This document shows, one piece after another, positions 36,219 to 50,494 of a stretch of DNA of 64,000 nucleotides; position 1 is the stretch's first letter, and each line of letters begins with the position of its first letter. The notes under the pieces are model-generated. The model searched no databases. It had not been told where the DNA came from and worked only from the letters and a program-made list of their open reading frames with translations. This DNA comes from Heterodontus francisci (lineage: Eukaryota): positions 71,001,226-71,065,225 of the forward strand of contig NC_090389.1 in the NCBI RefSeq assembly GCF_036365525.1, written 5' to 3'. A program made the position numbers and the translations under genes.

Positions 36219-39200
36219 GTAAGAGGACCACTGAAATGTTAGGAGTTGTGTAGAAACTGCTGTATTTGCGAAATGTTAAAACTACTAATTATTCCTTTAT
36301 CTTGAACGAAGATAACGACCAATATATTCAGTGAATTGTTTTTAATGGTCACTCTCTACTGTTTAGTGGACAACTTAAAGGGATTTTGATAATGGTGTTT
36401 TGAAAAGGACAGCAGCAACTTGTATTCATCCAGCACATTTTTAATGTAGAAAGTCTTACAAAGTGCTTCACAGTGGTGTAAGGAATATAATGGATGCTCA
36501 GGCCAAAGAAGCAAATAGCAAGATGAGTGACAGAAAGCTTGGTTTTAAAGACAGCCTTACGGGAAGATGAGGGAGGTAGAGAGGTGGTGTGGTTTCGGGA
36601 GGGAATTCCAGAGCTTAACTGCCAATGATAGGATTAGGGTGAAGAGAGAGAGGAAGAATGTGAAGTGTCTGTTAGAAAAGAAAGTTGGAGAGCCAACTTT
36701 TTAATGAGATATGGCATAGGCAGCAATTTTGGATGAGCTGAAATTTAGAGGGTGGAAAGCAAGTGGATAACACAAAACCAAAGATCGTTCAGCATGATGG
36801 GCATCAGCAAGAACAAAGCAGAGCTAGCCCAGCATAGACTGAAATGTCCCAATGGAGCAGCAGAAATTGAGCATGCAGAAGTAGGTCAGATAGTGGAATG
36901 AATGCAACTCAGTGAATACAGTGCATCTTGGATCATTGCGTTTTTAGTTAATCAAGGAAAAGTGTCACTGCTGGATCTAGTTTTAGGAAATGACGTACAT
37001 AGTACGACAGTGAGGGCAAATCAAGGGAACAGTGACCCTAATAATTCATATTAAAGAATGAAAAAGAGAGAGAATAGTAAAAAGATAAGCTCACTGGGGG
37101 AAGGAGGGGGAAGCTAATTTCAAGAGGGATTAGTGCAACTGGCCTACATACATTGGGGGGAAAAAACTGGCTGTTAAGACGGCAGGTATGCAGTGGGATA
37201 TGTTCAAAAATGTTAGCAAACATTATTGGGGCTAAACTCACCCCACCAGTAGATGAAGAAAAGTTGGAGTTCCTTGGATAAGTAGAGAAACTAAAACTAA
37301 AGTTGAATTGAAGGCATACAACCAATCTAGGGCTGATATATAGAAAAAAAATCAAATGGCATATAGAGGGGGAAGCAAAAAATGGTTGAGTATGAAAAAT
37401 TGACAGTGAAATTTTATACATACAGTTAAGTGACAGCCAATTAGACATGAAAAAGAGCATTTTATGGCAGGAATGAAGGAGATACGAAATGGATATTTTG
37501 CTTTAGTTCTCAGAATTGAAAGAGTACAAGAGGAGGAAGTGGAACAATTACAGGTTAACTATAGATAAGGAAGTAATTTTTTTTTAAAAATGTTCCACGG
37601 GGATAACTTTGGCGATTATAAACTAGTCAGTCTAATGCTAGTAATGGGTTATCTTCCAGAGGTCACATGGATAAAATTAATAATCATTTGGTAAGACATT
37701 GTTTAACAACCAGCATTGATTTTGTAAAAGGCAGATTGTCTGACAAATTTGAGATGAGGAAATAATGGACTGTATTCATAAAAGAAATGCAATGGGTGTT
37801 GTGTATAGTAGATTTTAGGTTGCATTTGATAGTGCTGAATAGGAAGCTTGTTAGCATTAAGGCATTCTGTGCTGAAGTTAATGTGGCAGCATGGTTAGGA
37901 AGTTTGCTTATGGTCTTTTAACTGGGTCGTGGTTAATAGATATTTTTGGACTAGTGTCTTCAAGCGGTGTGTATTGGGGCCATTGATCTTCTCTATATAA
38001 ATGTACTGAATTTGGGCATGAGGGTGCAATATCAATTTTTAAATCACAAAAATGAGTGTGTATATTTGGCAACTGTTAGCAATGTTGGGAGGGCATACAG
38101 GTTGTTAGATTGGGCAGATGTTGGATGAAAATAAGTAGAGAAATATATTTGAGAGAAAAAAAAGAGGAGATAAACACTTAAGTTGTTAAAAATTTAACAG
38201 AAGCGGCCTCTTGAGGGTTTAGATCGACAAATCTTTAAAATTGAGATGGTATGTTGCTGAAGCTGCGTTGGTTTTTCAAAAAAAAAAACCTCCGCCCACG
38301 TCCATCTCCCAAGGATCCAGGCTTTTGTAAGAAAGGAAAAGACTTGCATTTATGTAAAGCCTTTCAAAACCTCATGTGCCAAAGTGCAATACAACTAGTG
38401 AAGTACGTTTTAAAATGTCGTTGTTGTTAGAATATCAGAAAACGTGGCAGCCTATTTGTGCACGCCAAGGTCCCACAAACAGCAATGAGATATGTGACCA
38501 GGTATCTATTTAAATGATGTTGGTTGACTGATGCACGCTGGCCAGAACTCTAGGATAACTCCCTCTTTTATGAATGCCATGGGATCCTTTATGCCCAATT
38601 TATGGAGAAAAGGGGGCTTTGGAGCAGGATCTGCAGAGTTCTTGGCAAATATTCTTTTATCTTCATAGTTCTAATTTTGTGGGAGGGAACTGATGACTTG
38701 ATTTCTGTTTCTAAATTAATGACCTTGGTGTAATTAACCTTTTTGTGTGATTTTTTAAAAAAATCTTCAGTTGCATAGTGCTTTAGATTGAAACTTCATA
38801 AGTTTTGATACTGCTGTACTTTTAATTTTGTAACTGGACAAGAGGGCATTGTTACTTGTTTGCATAAATGAGATTTGCTTGAACTCCAAAACAGTTTATT
38901 CAAAAGTTTATTAATCACACTAGAAATCTCCCAGTGTTCCCAGTAATTGAAAGCATTTAAAAAAAAAATCAGATGTGTTGTAACTTTCTTTATAGTACGA
39001 GACAAATGGGTTCGTGGTGGCAAAATTATTTGGGAGGAATGTCAGAGGTAATTAAATAGGCAGAAGGAGTGAGGCGTTGTAGGATTGTGAGTACTTATAA
39101 GGAGGCTTGAGAGAGGGGACTTGGTGAATGGGATGAAGGGAGAGGGTAGTGAGTTACTGATGCATGGAGGAAAGATGGTGCTGAATATTTATGGTGTTTG

Positions 39201-39471
39201 AGTAATGAATACGAGTACGCGAGCTGAGTTTGATTTTTGACAGTTTTGCTTACAAAACTAGTAAGTGCAATAAAGATACGTTTGAGATATTTTGCAATAT
39301 AACTGCTCGTTTATCTCCATTTTACAGTTGAGAACTGCTGTGTCATTGATATTGTAGTTAATCAAGCTAACTGTAGTGCCAGTAAATTCATGTTTTGTTC
39401 TGTATCGTTTAGTATCGGCTTCTCGCTTGCCTAATCTCATTCTAATGATTTCTGATTTCCTTTGTTTACAG

Positions 39472-39657
39472 CATCTCTATAATCTCATTCACTTGGATTT
39501 GTCATACAACAAGATTACCTTATTGCAAGGTGTTCATACAAAACTTGGAAATATCAAAACTTTGAATTTGTCAGGAAACCAATTGGAAAGTCTCTCAGGC
39601 CTTCACAAACTTTACTCGTTAGTTAACCTGGATCTCAGCAATAATAAAGTATTGCAG
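39472..39657 (+). CDS. NISCH: Nischarin exon 10 (LRRs)
   Basis: [62 protein letters not shown], with AG/GT boundaries. Confidence 0.98.
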
Positions 39658-39896
39658 GTAATTTTGCATGTTTAGTCATGTTTGTAAGTTTTTAAAAGAA
39701 ATTTGGATGGTTTTGCTAAATGTTTATAAAACACTGGTTAGACCTCCACCAAGTACTTTGTTTAGTTCTGCGCACCATGCTATAGGAAGGATGTCAAGGC
39801 CTTGGAGAGGATACACAAGTGATTTACTAGAATGGTACCAGGGATGAGCGAATTCAGTTATATAGAGAAACTAGAGTAGCTGGGATTGTTCTCCTG

Positions 39897-42104
39897 ACAA
39901 CAACATATATTTTATAGGGCCTTTAATAATAATGTCCCAAGTCACATTTACAGAGACATTATAAAACAAACTATGACACCGAGCCACATAAGAAATTGGG
40001 TCAGATGACCAAAAGCTTGATCAAAGAGGTTGGTTTTAAGGAGCCTCTTAAAGGAGGAAAGTGAGGCAAAGAGGTGTCAGGATGGAATTCCAGAGCTAGG
40101 GCCTAGGCAACTGAAGCCACCAGTGGTGGAGTAGGTAAAATTAGGGATGCTCAAGAATTAGATGAGCCCAGATATCTTGGAGGGTTGTGGGCTGGAGGAG
40201 ATTAGAGATGGGGATGGGAGAGGCTATGGAGGGATTTGAAATCGGTTATGACCGAGGCGGGAGCAATGCACTGTCAATTCAGTCCCATCACTCCACAGGT
40301 TGCAGCATATTAAAGTTTTCCCACCCATCCGAAAACAGCCAAATTAAACACTCTCGTAACCCCCAGAATAAAGCAGACCAAGATGGGCATTATAGTCGCC
40401 ATGGACGCGGTGGGCCGAAGGGCCTGTTTCTGTGCTGTATGACAAACCAGGTATCTTTAGCCAACAGCAAATTGACTATTTATTAAAACTAAATCTTAAA
40501 CACTAAGATTAACCTATGTCGAAAGACCTTATAACTTATTTTATTCTCACTCCCCCCCCATTCACACACACGCGCACATACACACAAATCAGCGGTTAAT
40601 CGGTTTTTAAAAAGAATGATGTTTTCAAAAATGAGCTATTTCTTGAGAATAAATAAGCAACTGGGTTGTTTGTCTTTGTGGTTTACATTCCTGAGGGTGA
40701 GGTATTCTCGTGTAAAAATAATCAAATGCCACTCTAAGTCTCCACACGGATTTGATGAAACAGTCTTTTAGTAGATAGGCATTCAAAGCACTTGGGCTGT
40801 AGAAGGCATCTAACAGTTCTTCAAATATGGAGTGTGGCAATGGGTCCACTTGGATTTTAAAACTGACAGTCTCAGTTGAAACTTTACTGTGAATTCTGGA
40901 AAACACAATCAGTCAAGAGAGATTCAATCTTGAAGCAAAGACTTCTTGGATTGGAAGTAAAGAAAATGAATTTTGCTACCTCCAGCAATACAAATGGTCT
41001 CTTCAAAGGGTTTTTTCCTCCTTAGGCAATTAACACGGCCTATAGCTCATTGTACAATTTCTTCTGAGAGAAATGGACAGCTCCTTCCTCCAGTCAGCTG
41101 GTGTCTGTCAAAACCGGTTTTAGCTGGTTTTTACACAGTCAAATTGAAACATTATACCATGTGACTTCCTCACTCCTGCTGTTGCCTAGGTAACCAGTGT
41201 AGCTGTGGCACACTGTTCTCAGAAATCTAAAACTTCTCTCTCTGTTTTAAAGAGACACTGTTTCAAACAGAGGAGGAAAAAAATACAGTTCCGTGACCAA
41301 TGAAAGATGAGAATTCTAAAATTAAGATACTGCATGACTGGGAACCAATGTAGGGTCAGTGAGCACAGGGGTGATCAGTGAATGGAACGAGTTACGACAT
41401 GGACAGTAGAGCTTTGGATGACCTCAAGTTTAAGGGGGATGCACTGAGAGGCCAGCCAGGAGTGTGTTGAAACAGTCAAGTCTAGAGGCAACGAAAGCAA
41501 GAATGAGGGTTTTAGCTGAGATGGGAGCAAAGTTGGGTGGTGTGGAGATGGAAAAAAACAATCTTCGTGATGGCACAAATCTGTGTTTGGAAGCTCCTCT
41601 TGGGGTCGAGTATGACACCAAGGTTGTGAACAGACTGATTGATTTAGTCTCACTGTTTCCTGGGAGAGGGATGGTATTGGTAACTAGGGAATGGAGCCTG
41701 GAGGGAGGACCGAAAACAATGGCTTCAGTGTTCCCAATACTTAATTGGATGATATTTCTATTCATTCCGTTCTGGATGTCAAGTAAGCAATCTGATAATT
41801 TAGCAACCATGGAGGAGTCAAGAGAGGTGGTAGTGAGGTAGAGCTAAATGTTGTCAGCATACATGTGAAAATTAATGCTGTGTTTTAGGATGATATCGCC
41901 AAGGGGCAGTGTGTCGGTGAGAAATAGGAGTGGGCCAAGGATAAATTGTTGGGGGACACCACAGGTAACGGTGTGGGGGAAGGAAGAGAAACCATTGCAA
42001 GTAATACTCTGGCTATGATTAAATAGATAAAAATGGAACCAAGTGAGAGCAGTCCTATGCAGCTGGATGAGAGGGGAGAAGAGTTGGAGGAGGATGGAGT
42101 GGTC
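39897..42104 (-). mobile_element. L2 LINE 3' portion (interrupted at 40244-41298)
   Basis: L2 tail at about 39897, then RT and C-terminal motifs (SDCLLDIQNGMNRN...TEAIVFG; AFVASRLDCFNTLLAGL). Confidence 0.8.
40244..41298. mobile_element. Probable solo LTR (about 1.05 kb) inserted into the L2
   Basis: Discrete non-coding insert between collinear L2 halves. Termini ggttatgac...cgtgacc, flanks aatc and aatg. Confidence 0.5.
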
Positions 42105-42183
42105 TGTTATATTCCAGAAAGTTGCTTGTTGAAGGATTATGCTGTAGGCAATCTTTACTAAGTTATTTATTTTACAAAGTTAC

Positions 42184-45100
42184 ATAGAAACATAGAAAAT
42201 AGGAGCAGGAGTAAGCCATTCGGCCCTACGAGGCTGCTTTGCCATTCATTACAATCATGGCTGATCATCCAACTCAGTAGCCTGTTCCCTCTTTCGCCCC
42301 ATACCCTTTGATCCCTTTAGACCCAAGAGCTATATCTAACTCCTTCTCAAAAACATACAATGTTTTTTGGCCTCAACTGCTTTCTGTGGTAGTGAATTCC
42401 ACAGGCTCACCACTCTCTGGGTGAAGAAATTTATCCTCATCTCAGTCCTGAAATGTTTATCCCATATCCTTAGACTATTATCCCTGGTTCTGGACTCCCC
42501 CACCATCGGGAACATCCTTCCTGCATCTACCCTGTCAAGTCCTATTAGAAGTTTATAGGTTTCTATGAGATCCCTCCTCATTCTTCTGAACTCCAGCGAA
42601 TATAATCCTGACCGACTCAACCTCTCCTCATACGTCAGTCCCGCCATCCCAGGAATCAGTCTGGTAAACCTTCGCTGCACTCCCTCTATAGCAAGAACAT
42701 CCTTCCTCAGATGAGGAGACCAAAACTGCACATAGTATTCCAGGTGTGACTTCACCAAGGCCCTGTATAATTGCAGCAAGACATCCCTGCTCCTGTACTC
42801 AAATCCTCTCGCTATGGAGGCCAACATATCATTTGCCTTTTTTTTTTAATTGCCCGTTGCACCTACATGCTTACCTTCAGCGATTGGTGTACGAGAACAC
42901 CCAGGTCTCGCTGCATATTCCCCTCTCTGTTTATAGCCATTCAGATAATTTGCCTTCCTGTTTTTGCTACCAAATTGGATAACCTCACATTTATCCACAT
43001 TATACTGCATCTGCCATGCATTAGCCCACTCACTCAACCTGTCCAAATCGCCTTGAAGCCTCTCTGCATCCTCCTCACAACTCACCCTCCCATCCAGTTT
43101 GTGTCATCTGCAAAGTTGGAGATATTACATTTAGTTTCCTCATCTAAATCATTAATGTATATTATGAATAGCTGAGGTCCTAGCACCGATCCTTGCGATA
43201 CCCCACTAGTCACTGCTTTCCATTCAGAAAAAGACCCATTTATCCCTACTGTTCGTTTCCTGTCTGCCAACCAATTTTCTGTCCATCGCAATACACTACC
43301 CCCAATCCCATGCGCTTTAATTTTACATGCTAATCTCTTATTTGGGACTTTGTCGAAAGCCTTCTGAAAGTCCAAATAAACCACACCCACCTGCCGCCCC
43401 CCCCCCCATCAACTCTACTAGTTACATCCTCGAAGAATTCTAGTAGATTTGTCGAGCATGATTTCCCTTTCGTAAATCCATGCTGATTCTGCCCGATTCT
43501 ACCTCTGTTCTCCAAGTGCTCTGCTATAAAATCTTTGATAATAGACTCTCAAATTTTCCCCACTACTGACGTCAAGTTGACTGGTCTATAATTCCCTGCT
43601 TTCTCTCTACCTCCCTTTTTAAATAGTGGGGTAGCTACCCTCCAATCTGTAGGAACTGTTCGAGTCCATAGAATCTTGGAAGATGACCACCAACGCATCC
43701 ACTATTTCTAGGACCATGTCCTTAAGTACTCTGGGATGCATACCATCAGGTCCTGGGGATCTTTCAGCCTTCAATCCCATCAATTTCCCCAACACCATTT
43801 CTCTACTAATACTGATTTCCTTCAGTTCCTCTCTTTCACTAAGCCCTGTGTACCCCAATATTTCTGGTATGATATTTGTGTCCTCCTTTGTGAAGACAGA
43901 GCCAAAGTATGCATTTAGTTGGTCAGCCATTTCTTTATTCCCATAAGTTCCCCTGTTTCTGACTGTAAGGGACCTACATTTGTCTTCACCAATCTTTTTC
44001 TCTTCACATACGTATAGAAACTTTTACAGTCAGTTTTTATGTTCTCTGCAAGCTTGCTTGTACTCTATTTACCCCTTCTTAACCAATCCCTTGGTCCTCC
44101 TTTGCTGAATTCTAAACTGCTCCCAATCTTCATGTCTGTTGTTTTTCCTGGCAGAATTATATGCCTCTTCCTTGGATCAGATACTATCTCTAATTTCCCT
44201 TGTAAGCCATGGTTTGGCTACCTTTCCTGTTTTACTTTTGCGCCACATAGAAATAAAGAATTTTTGCAGTTCATCCATGCAATCTTTAAATGTTTGCCAT
44301 TGCCTATCTACCATCATCCCTTTAAGTAACGTTTTCCAATCCGTCATGGCTAACTCGCGCCTCATACCTTCGTAGTTTCCTTTACTAAGATTCAGGACCC
44401 TTGTCTCAGAATTAACTACGTCACTCTCCATCTTGATGAAGAATTCTATCATATTATGGTCGCTCATCCCCAAGGGGTCTTGCACCACTAGATTGTCAAT
44501 TATTCCTCTCTCATTACACAATACCCAGTCTAGGATGGCCTGTTCTCTAATGGTTCCTCAATGTATTGGTCCAGAAAACCATCCCGTATACACTCCAAGA
44601 ATTCTTCCTCTCCGGTATGATTTGTCCAATTTGATTTGTCCAATCTATATGCAGATTAAGGTCACCCATAATTACAGATGTTCCTTTATCGCATGCATCT
44701 CTAATTTCCTGTTTAATGCCTTTTCCAGCATCACTACAGCTTGGGGGTCTATATACAACCCCCACTAACATTTTTTTGCCCCTTAGTGTCTCTCAGCTCG
44801 ACCCATACAGATTTCACATCGTCAGAGCTAATATCTTTCCTCACTATTGCGTTAATTTCCTCTTTAACCAGCAATGCAACTCCACCGCCTTTTGCTTTTT
44901 GTCTGTCCTTCCTAAATACTGAATACTCCTGGATGTTCAATTCCCATCCCTGGTCACCTTGCAGTCATGTCTCCGTAATCCCGACTATATCATGCCAGTT
45001 TACATCTATTTGCGCGATTAATTCATCCACTTTATTGCGAATGCTTCGCGCGTTAAGGCACAAAGCCTTAAGGTTTGTCTTTTTAACATTACTTGTCCCC

Positions 45101-46931
45101 TTCCCACTATTTTTCACTGTGACCCTGATTGTTTCTGGCCCTTGATTTCTCTGCCTTTCACTTTTCTTATTCCGCTTACTGTCTTTAGTTCTTGTCTTTG
45201 ATCCACCCCCCCCCCCCCCCCGACTCCTTGCAAAGGTTCCCATCCCCCTGCCATTTTAGTTTAAACCCTCCCAACCACTCTAGCAAATACTCCCCCAGGA
45301 CATCAGTCCCGGTCCTGCCCAGGTGTAACCCATCCAGTTTGTACCGGTCCCAATGCCCCAGGAATCTAAAACACTCCCCCTCACATCATCTCTTCAGCCA
45401 CGTATTCATCTGATATATCCTGCTATTTTCACTCTGATTAGCACGGCACAGTGGCGCAGTGGTTAGCACCGCAGCCTCACAGCTCCAGGGACCCGGGTTC
45501 GATTCTGGGTACTGCCTGTGTGGAGTTTGCAAGTTCTCCCTGTGTCTGCGTGGGTTTTCTCCGGGTGCTCCGGTTTCCTCCCACAAGCCAAAAGACTTGC
45601 AGGTTGGTAGGTAAATTGGCCATTATAAATTGTCACTAGTATAGGTAGGTGGTAGGGAAATACAGGGGCAGGTGGGGATGTTTGGTAGGAATATGGGATT
45701 AGTGTAGGATTAGTATAAATGGGTGGTTGATGGTCGGCACAGACTCGGTGGGCCGAAGGGCCTGTTTCAGTGCTGTATCTCTAATCTAATCTAATCTAAT
45801 CACATGGCAGGGTAGTAATCCTGAGATCACCACCTTTTGAGGTCCTACTTTTCAACTTCCTAGCTCCCTATATTCTGCTTTTAGGACCTCCATCCTTTTT
45901 TTCTTAACCTATGTCATTTGTACCAATGTGTACCACGACCACTTGCTGTTCACCCTCCCCCTTCAGAATGTCCTGTAACCACACTGAGACATCCTTGACC
46001 CTAGCACCAGGGAGGCAACATACCATCCTGGAGTCTCTCTTGTGGCCACAGAAACGCCTGTCTATTCCCCTTATAATTGAATCCTCTATAACAATTGCAA
46101 TCCCACTTTTTACTCCTCCGTGGTGCAACAAATTGGGCTATTGTTGCTTTTGCTTTCCCCTAAGAGGCCACTTCTCCCCCTCCCCCCCCCCCCCCCCCCC
46201 CAGTATCCAAAGCAGTATAGCCACAGGAGATTCCTGAACTGCCTGCCTAGTCCTCTTGCTCTACCTGGTGGTCACCCATTCCACTCCTGCCTGTGGGGTC
46301 TGAGCCTGTGGTGTGACTACCTCTCTCTACATGCTATGCACGATACTCTCTGCCTCATGGATACCCCACAGTGTCCCCAGCTGCCGCTCCAGCTCCGAAA
46401 CCCGGGCTTCCAGGAGCTGCAGCCGGACACATTTCCTGCATACATGCTGGTCCCGGGTACTGGAAATGTTCCCGGCTTCCGACATGGAGCACAAGGGACA
46501 CACCATGGCTTTGAGCTCTCCTGCCATGACTTAACCCTTTAAATTAAATTAAACCTTCTGGAAGATCTTAATGTCCAATAATATCAATTATTCTAGGGCC
46601 CTTCCTCCCTGGTCCTCGTTACTACAAAACTCCCTTAAAAAAAAAACACTACTTATTATATTTGAAATAAACTTTAAACTTTTAAACTTTTCTTACCTGA
46701 GATACTTATCCAGCTATTTAGAGCTATTCAATCACCAACCAATCACCTTGCAGTTTTCCTGTGACGTCACTGTCTTTTTTTTTTCAAAACTCAGGCGCGC
46801 TGCCGCTGCTCTTTTAAACTGTGTCGGTCTCGCTCCTTCCCGCTGCCGCTGCTCTTTTAAAATCTGTGGGGTCTCCCTCAGTCTTGCCACTGCACTTTTT
46901 AAACTCTGCCGGTCTCACTCAGTCTCAGTTT
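42184..46931 (-). mobile_element. Near full-length CR1 LINE (ORF1 zinc finger + SGNH esterase; ORF2 APE-RT), degenerate
   Basis: ORF1 MAGELKAMVCPLC...CRKC, DSIIRG...CLPGARV...HIGTND. ORF2 [46 protein letters not shown]. Tail (tttctatg)n. The 5'UTR has a CRE TGACGTCA and tandem repeats. Confidence 0.92.
45444..45800 (+). mobile_element. HE1/V-SINE-type SINE inserted in CR1 ORF1
   Basis: A box tggcgcagtgg, B box gggttcgattc and a (ctaat)4 tail. Confidence 0.9.
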
Positions 46932-49900
46932 AAAAAGGTTACAAACGTGCAGCTCCTCACTCAAATCTTCAACCAGTTTCAGTAAGTGTCCCCTGAAATA
47001 TACTTAAGTAAGGCCCTAATTAACATCCTCCACCTGAATATTATTAAAGACAATTAACACATTGCCACCTTTTCCTCTTAAATAAGAGTTTAGCATGCAT
47101 GAACGTTTCAAAACAAATCAAAATAAATTCCATATTCTGTACAAATGTTATATTGTGAGATGCCCCTCTTCAAGGACCCCTAACCATTTCATTGTGCAAG
47201 CATTTCTTTTCGTAACATAATCAGAGGTGATGACTTGCGTCTACCCATTTAATTTGAGATTTCCTTTCTCTCCAGCGTTTGTTTCAATCCAGCAAAATCA
47301 ACCCCGTAACCTTTCATCGCTCACATGTTTTGTGGAGTGTACTTTATCCCACAGTGTACAAAATCTCATGAAAAATACTTGACAAATAGAACCCCATATC
47401 AACTTCCTCCAGAAGAGCCAGTGTTTCTGCATCTAAAGTACTATGCACAACCCTTTTTATTTTCTTAGCTTCCCAAGCTGAAGGACATTTCCCATTTTCA
47501 CCCAGCTGCACTCAGAACACCCATCAGGAAGATTAGCATGTGAAGCATCACTAAAAATGACTAGTTTCATATTCTTTGAGTCACCGAAGGATGGGCAAGC
47601 TAAGTACACATTTCTCCATATTTTTTACATTTTTTTTTACCTTAAAACATTTCTCAGTCTGAGTGCACAACTAGTTTAATTGAACAATCAAGTTTCGCAA
47701 TTGCTCTGTCTCTGCTTTAGATATAACATAACATCACCTTTCTGTGATGACCAAGCATGATTAACCAGGATGGGAGTAACAGTTTCTATATAGGATTGTT
47801 GATTTAAAGTTATTCCAGACCACTCTGCTTAATATCTAAACCAATATATTTAAAAGCTCCACAAGCCTGACTCCCAATCTTAAATTCTACTTTAACATTA
47901 AAAACATATTTCTCAAATTCTGCTGTACCACCTCTTAAGAAATTATCAATGTGCATCATGAAGATGTCAAAGTTTCCCTTTTATGATGCCAGTAAAGCAT
48001 TGCGGGATCTGCCTTTCGCAGAACACAATTTTCAGCAAAACTTTGAGCAATACCATGCTCTGAAAGCATCATTAAGGCTATAGATGCATTTGTTTAGTTT
48101 CCATAGTTTTCCTTCTGCATCTGCTGCCTCTTTAGGCGGTTTCAGAAACACTTCTATCTGATAAGTATCACTCTACAGAAATGTGGCTTTTACATCCATT
48201 GAGCTACATTGTCCTGAATATGTGGCCAAAAGAGCTAAAATGATTTTCAAGATTACATTTCCAGCTGTGGGAGAGTCCACTCTAGCATCTATATCACCCA
48301 GTAACTCTTCAAAACCCCTCGCAACTAACCTCACATTTGTCTTATAAGTCTCATCTGCAAAGACATTTTCAGTACCAATCCATCTGTGTGACAAGGCTGG
48401 CTGTCTGGTACCTCAGAATAAACACCAAACTCTCTCCAACTCTCTAATTCCATTTGTTTTGCCTCTCTTATTAGTTTATCTTCAAGTTTATTGGCAGCTA
48501 CCAAAACTTCACGCTTATATGAACTATTGCTTCTAGTTCTATGGCGTGATTGTTCTTCAGTCTTCATTGCATAATCTAATCAAACTACGGCCTCCACTTG
48601 CACTTTATTTTTCGGGACTACTACTGCTATAAGATCTCCATCTCGAACTATCAGCGGCTCTTTCTCCAGTATGTGATCGTTTCCTGACGCAAGAGTACTT
48701 CCAGACCCAGTATTAGAACTTGCACTGCAATTTCTTACTCTCCACTTTTTCACCCCATTCTGCCAGTCCATGGGCCTGGCTTCTTGACCATCATCCTGAA
48801 CATTCAACCATTATTTAAACTTGCCAGGAGATTTTCCTGTACATCCCACAATTGTCGCACCCCTCCACTCACTGGACCCCTCTGGAATATACGTCACCCA
48901 TGTACCTACTTGGCGTAATTGGCCTTTGGTTGTGATAGTTCTGTCCTACGCATAGTGATCGCTCGCATTACTACTATCCAACCCTTGATCTCCTGTATTC
49001 TATTCCTCAGGACCTTCAACACAAAATACATGAGCGTTTGAGGTACTAGGTGTCCCGTTTCATGTCAGCTGCTCAGAGCCTGAGATTTTGTAATCGAACC
49101 CTATTAATCGTGAGGAATGATTTCCATGTTTGGCAACTCATGTCTTAACATCACCTATTACCTTATCAGGGCCTTTTCCATTCCCTCTGACCCTCTCTTT
49201 TATAATACACCAAATCTCCTGAATTAAATTATGCCTCAGAGCTCTCTGAATTTTCTGATACCTCAGCCTTGATGAAAGCCCGTAAAGCATATAAAGAGTT
49301 CAGATTTGCGAGAAAAAAAGGAATTAATTGTCATACCATCTAGAGTAGGAGGACTGTCGCACAGCAGGCAATTTGGGATTTCGCCCATAGACTAATTGAT
49401 GGGGACAGTACCCTCCAACCATCTGAAGCGAATTCTTTGCATGAACCACCCATGCCAGGGTGGTAGTCAACTTGCAGCTTGGTTGGTCAGCTAAGATTAT
49501 GCAGTATTTTATCGATTACTACCTGATTCCTTTCACAGAGCCCATTGCTGAAGGACTTTAAGCTGCAGTATTCATGACCATAATGCTCATGTTTTGACAT
49601 GTCTTTGAACTTTGTCATTGGCAAATTCCCCTCCATTGTCAGTCAGAAACTTAGCTGTTGTCCCATGTTCGGACCCTATCCATTTCTCCATGATTTTATC
49701 TATAATCATCCTTTTGTCCTTGCTATGTATTATTGTCGAAAGACTAAATCTGGTTGCCAGGTCTATAAATGTGGATTGAAAATATTTCTGTATTTGTCTC
49801 ATACCTTTAAATCCATGGTAACTAGCTCATTAAAGTCACAGGCCAATGGAACGCTTACAATAGGATGTGACTGCATCCTCCGATACCATCTAGATTTCAC

Positions 49901-50494
49901 ATTTCTCACTAATTTCTATTATCTTTGTATATTGTTCATCAATCACACCTGCATCCTTTAGCAGGGTTTTTAATCTTTGACAAGAATGGTGAGTAAATTG
50001 TCTGTGTAACTTTGACAGTTTGCTTTTTTTCTGTGATTCTTATCTGATTCTATTAATACTTCTCTAACACTTTGACGAGGAACATCAGGTTTTGTTCAGG
50101 GGATACAATAATGCCCTGACTGGGTAAATTGCAAATCCATTGACTTTCCAAAAACAATTGCCTTATCATGATGCATATCAAGTTCATTTTGTGCCTTTTT
50201 CATAGAAGGTTACTTAAGCGTGAAGGTGTCTCACGAGAGACTACATCAGTACTGATAAAGTGGCTTACTTCAGCTATTTTACGTGGAATTACAACTCTTA
50301 GTAACTTCAATGTGTTGTCATCACCAAACCTAAAGCAAGTAGTACTTTTATATTACTTAATCTTGCATTGATCCTCACAACTGAATGAATCCCGATAACA
50401 TTTTAACCAATCTGCTCCACGTACTATGGAAGTGCAGGTGCTATTTTAACAGCACGGTTGAATGAATCAACGGCTAACACATTCATCACAGGAC

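Larger units (their letters stand above)
42105..50492 (-). mobile_element. Copia (GalEa-like) relic 2: PR-IN-RT-RH-PPT-3'LTR, with the LTR split by a CR1
   Basis: Protease-like region at about 50400-50460. Integrase FIDLATRFS...FLTDNGGEFAN. RT motifs VRLVARGFEE and DVKATFL, then RNase H. PPT at 47061-47080. LTR halves at 46932-47060 and 42105-42183, ending in CA. Confidence 0.85.

Noticed and set aside
46795-46930. Short repeats resembling a CRISPR-like array
   Set aside because: These are degenerate tandem repeats (cgctgccgctgctcttttaaa) in the CR1 5'UTR, with no unique spacers or cas genes, in eukaryotic DNA.
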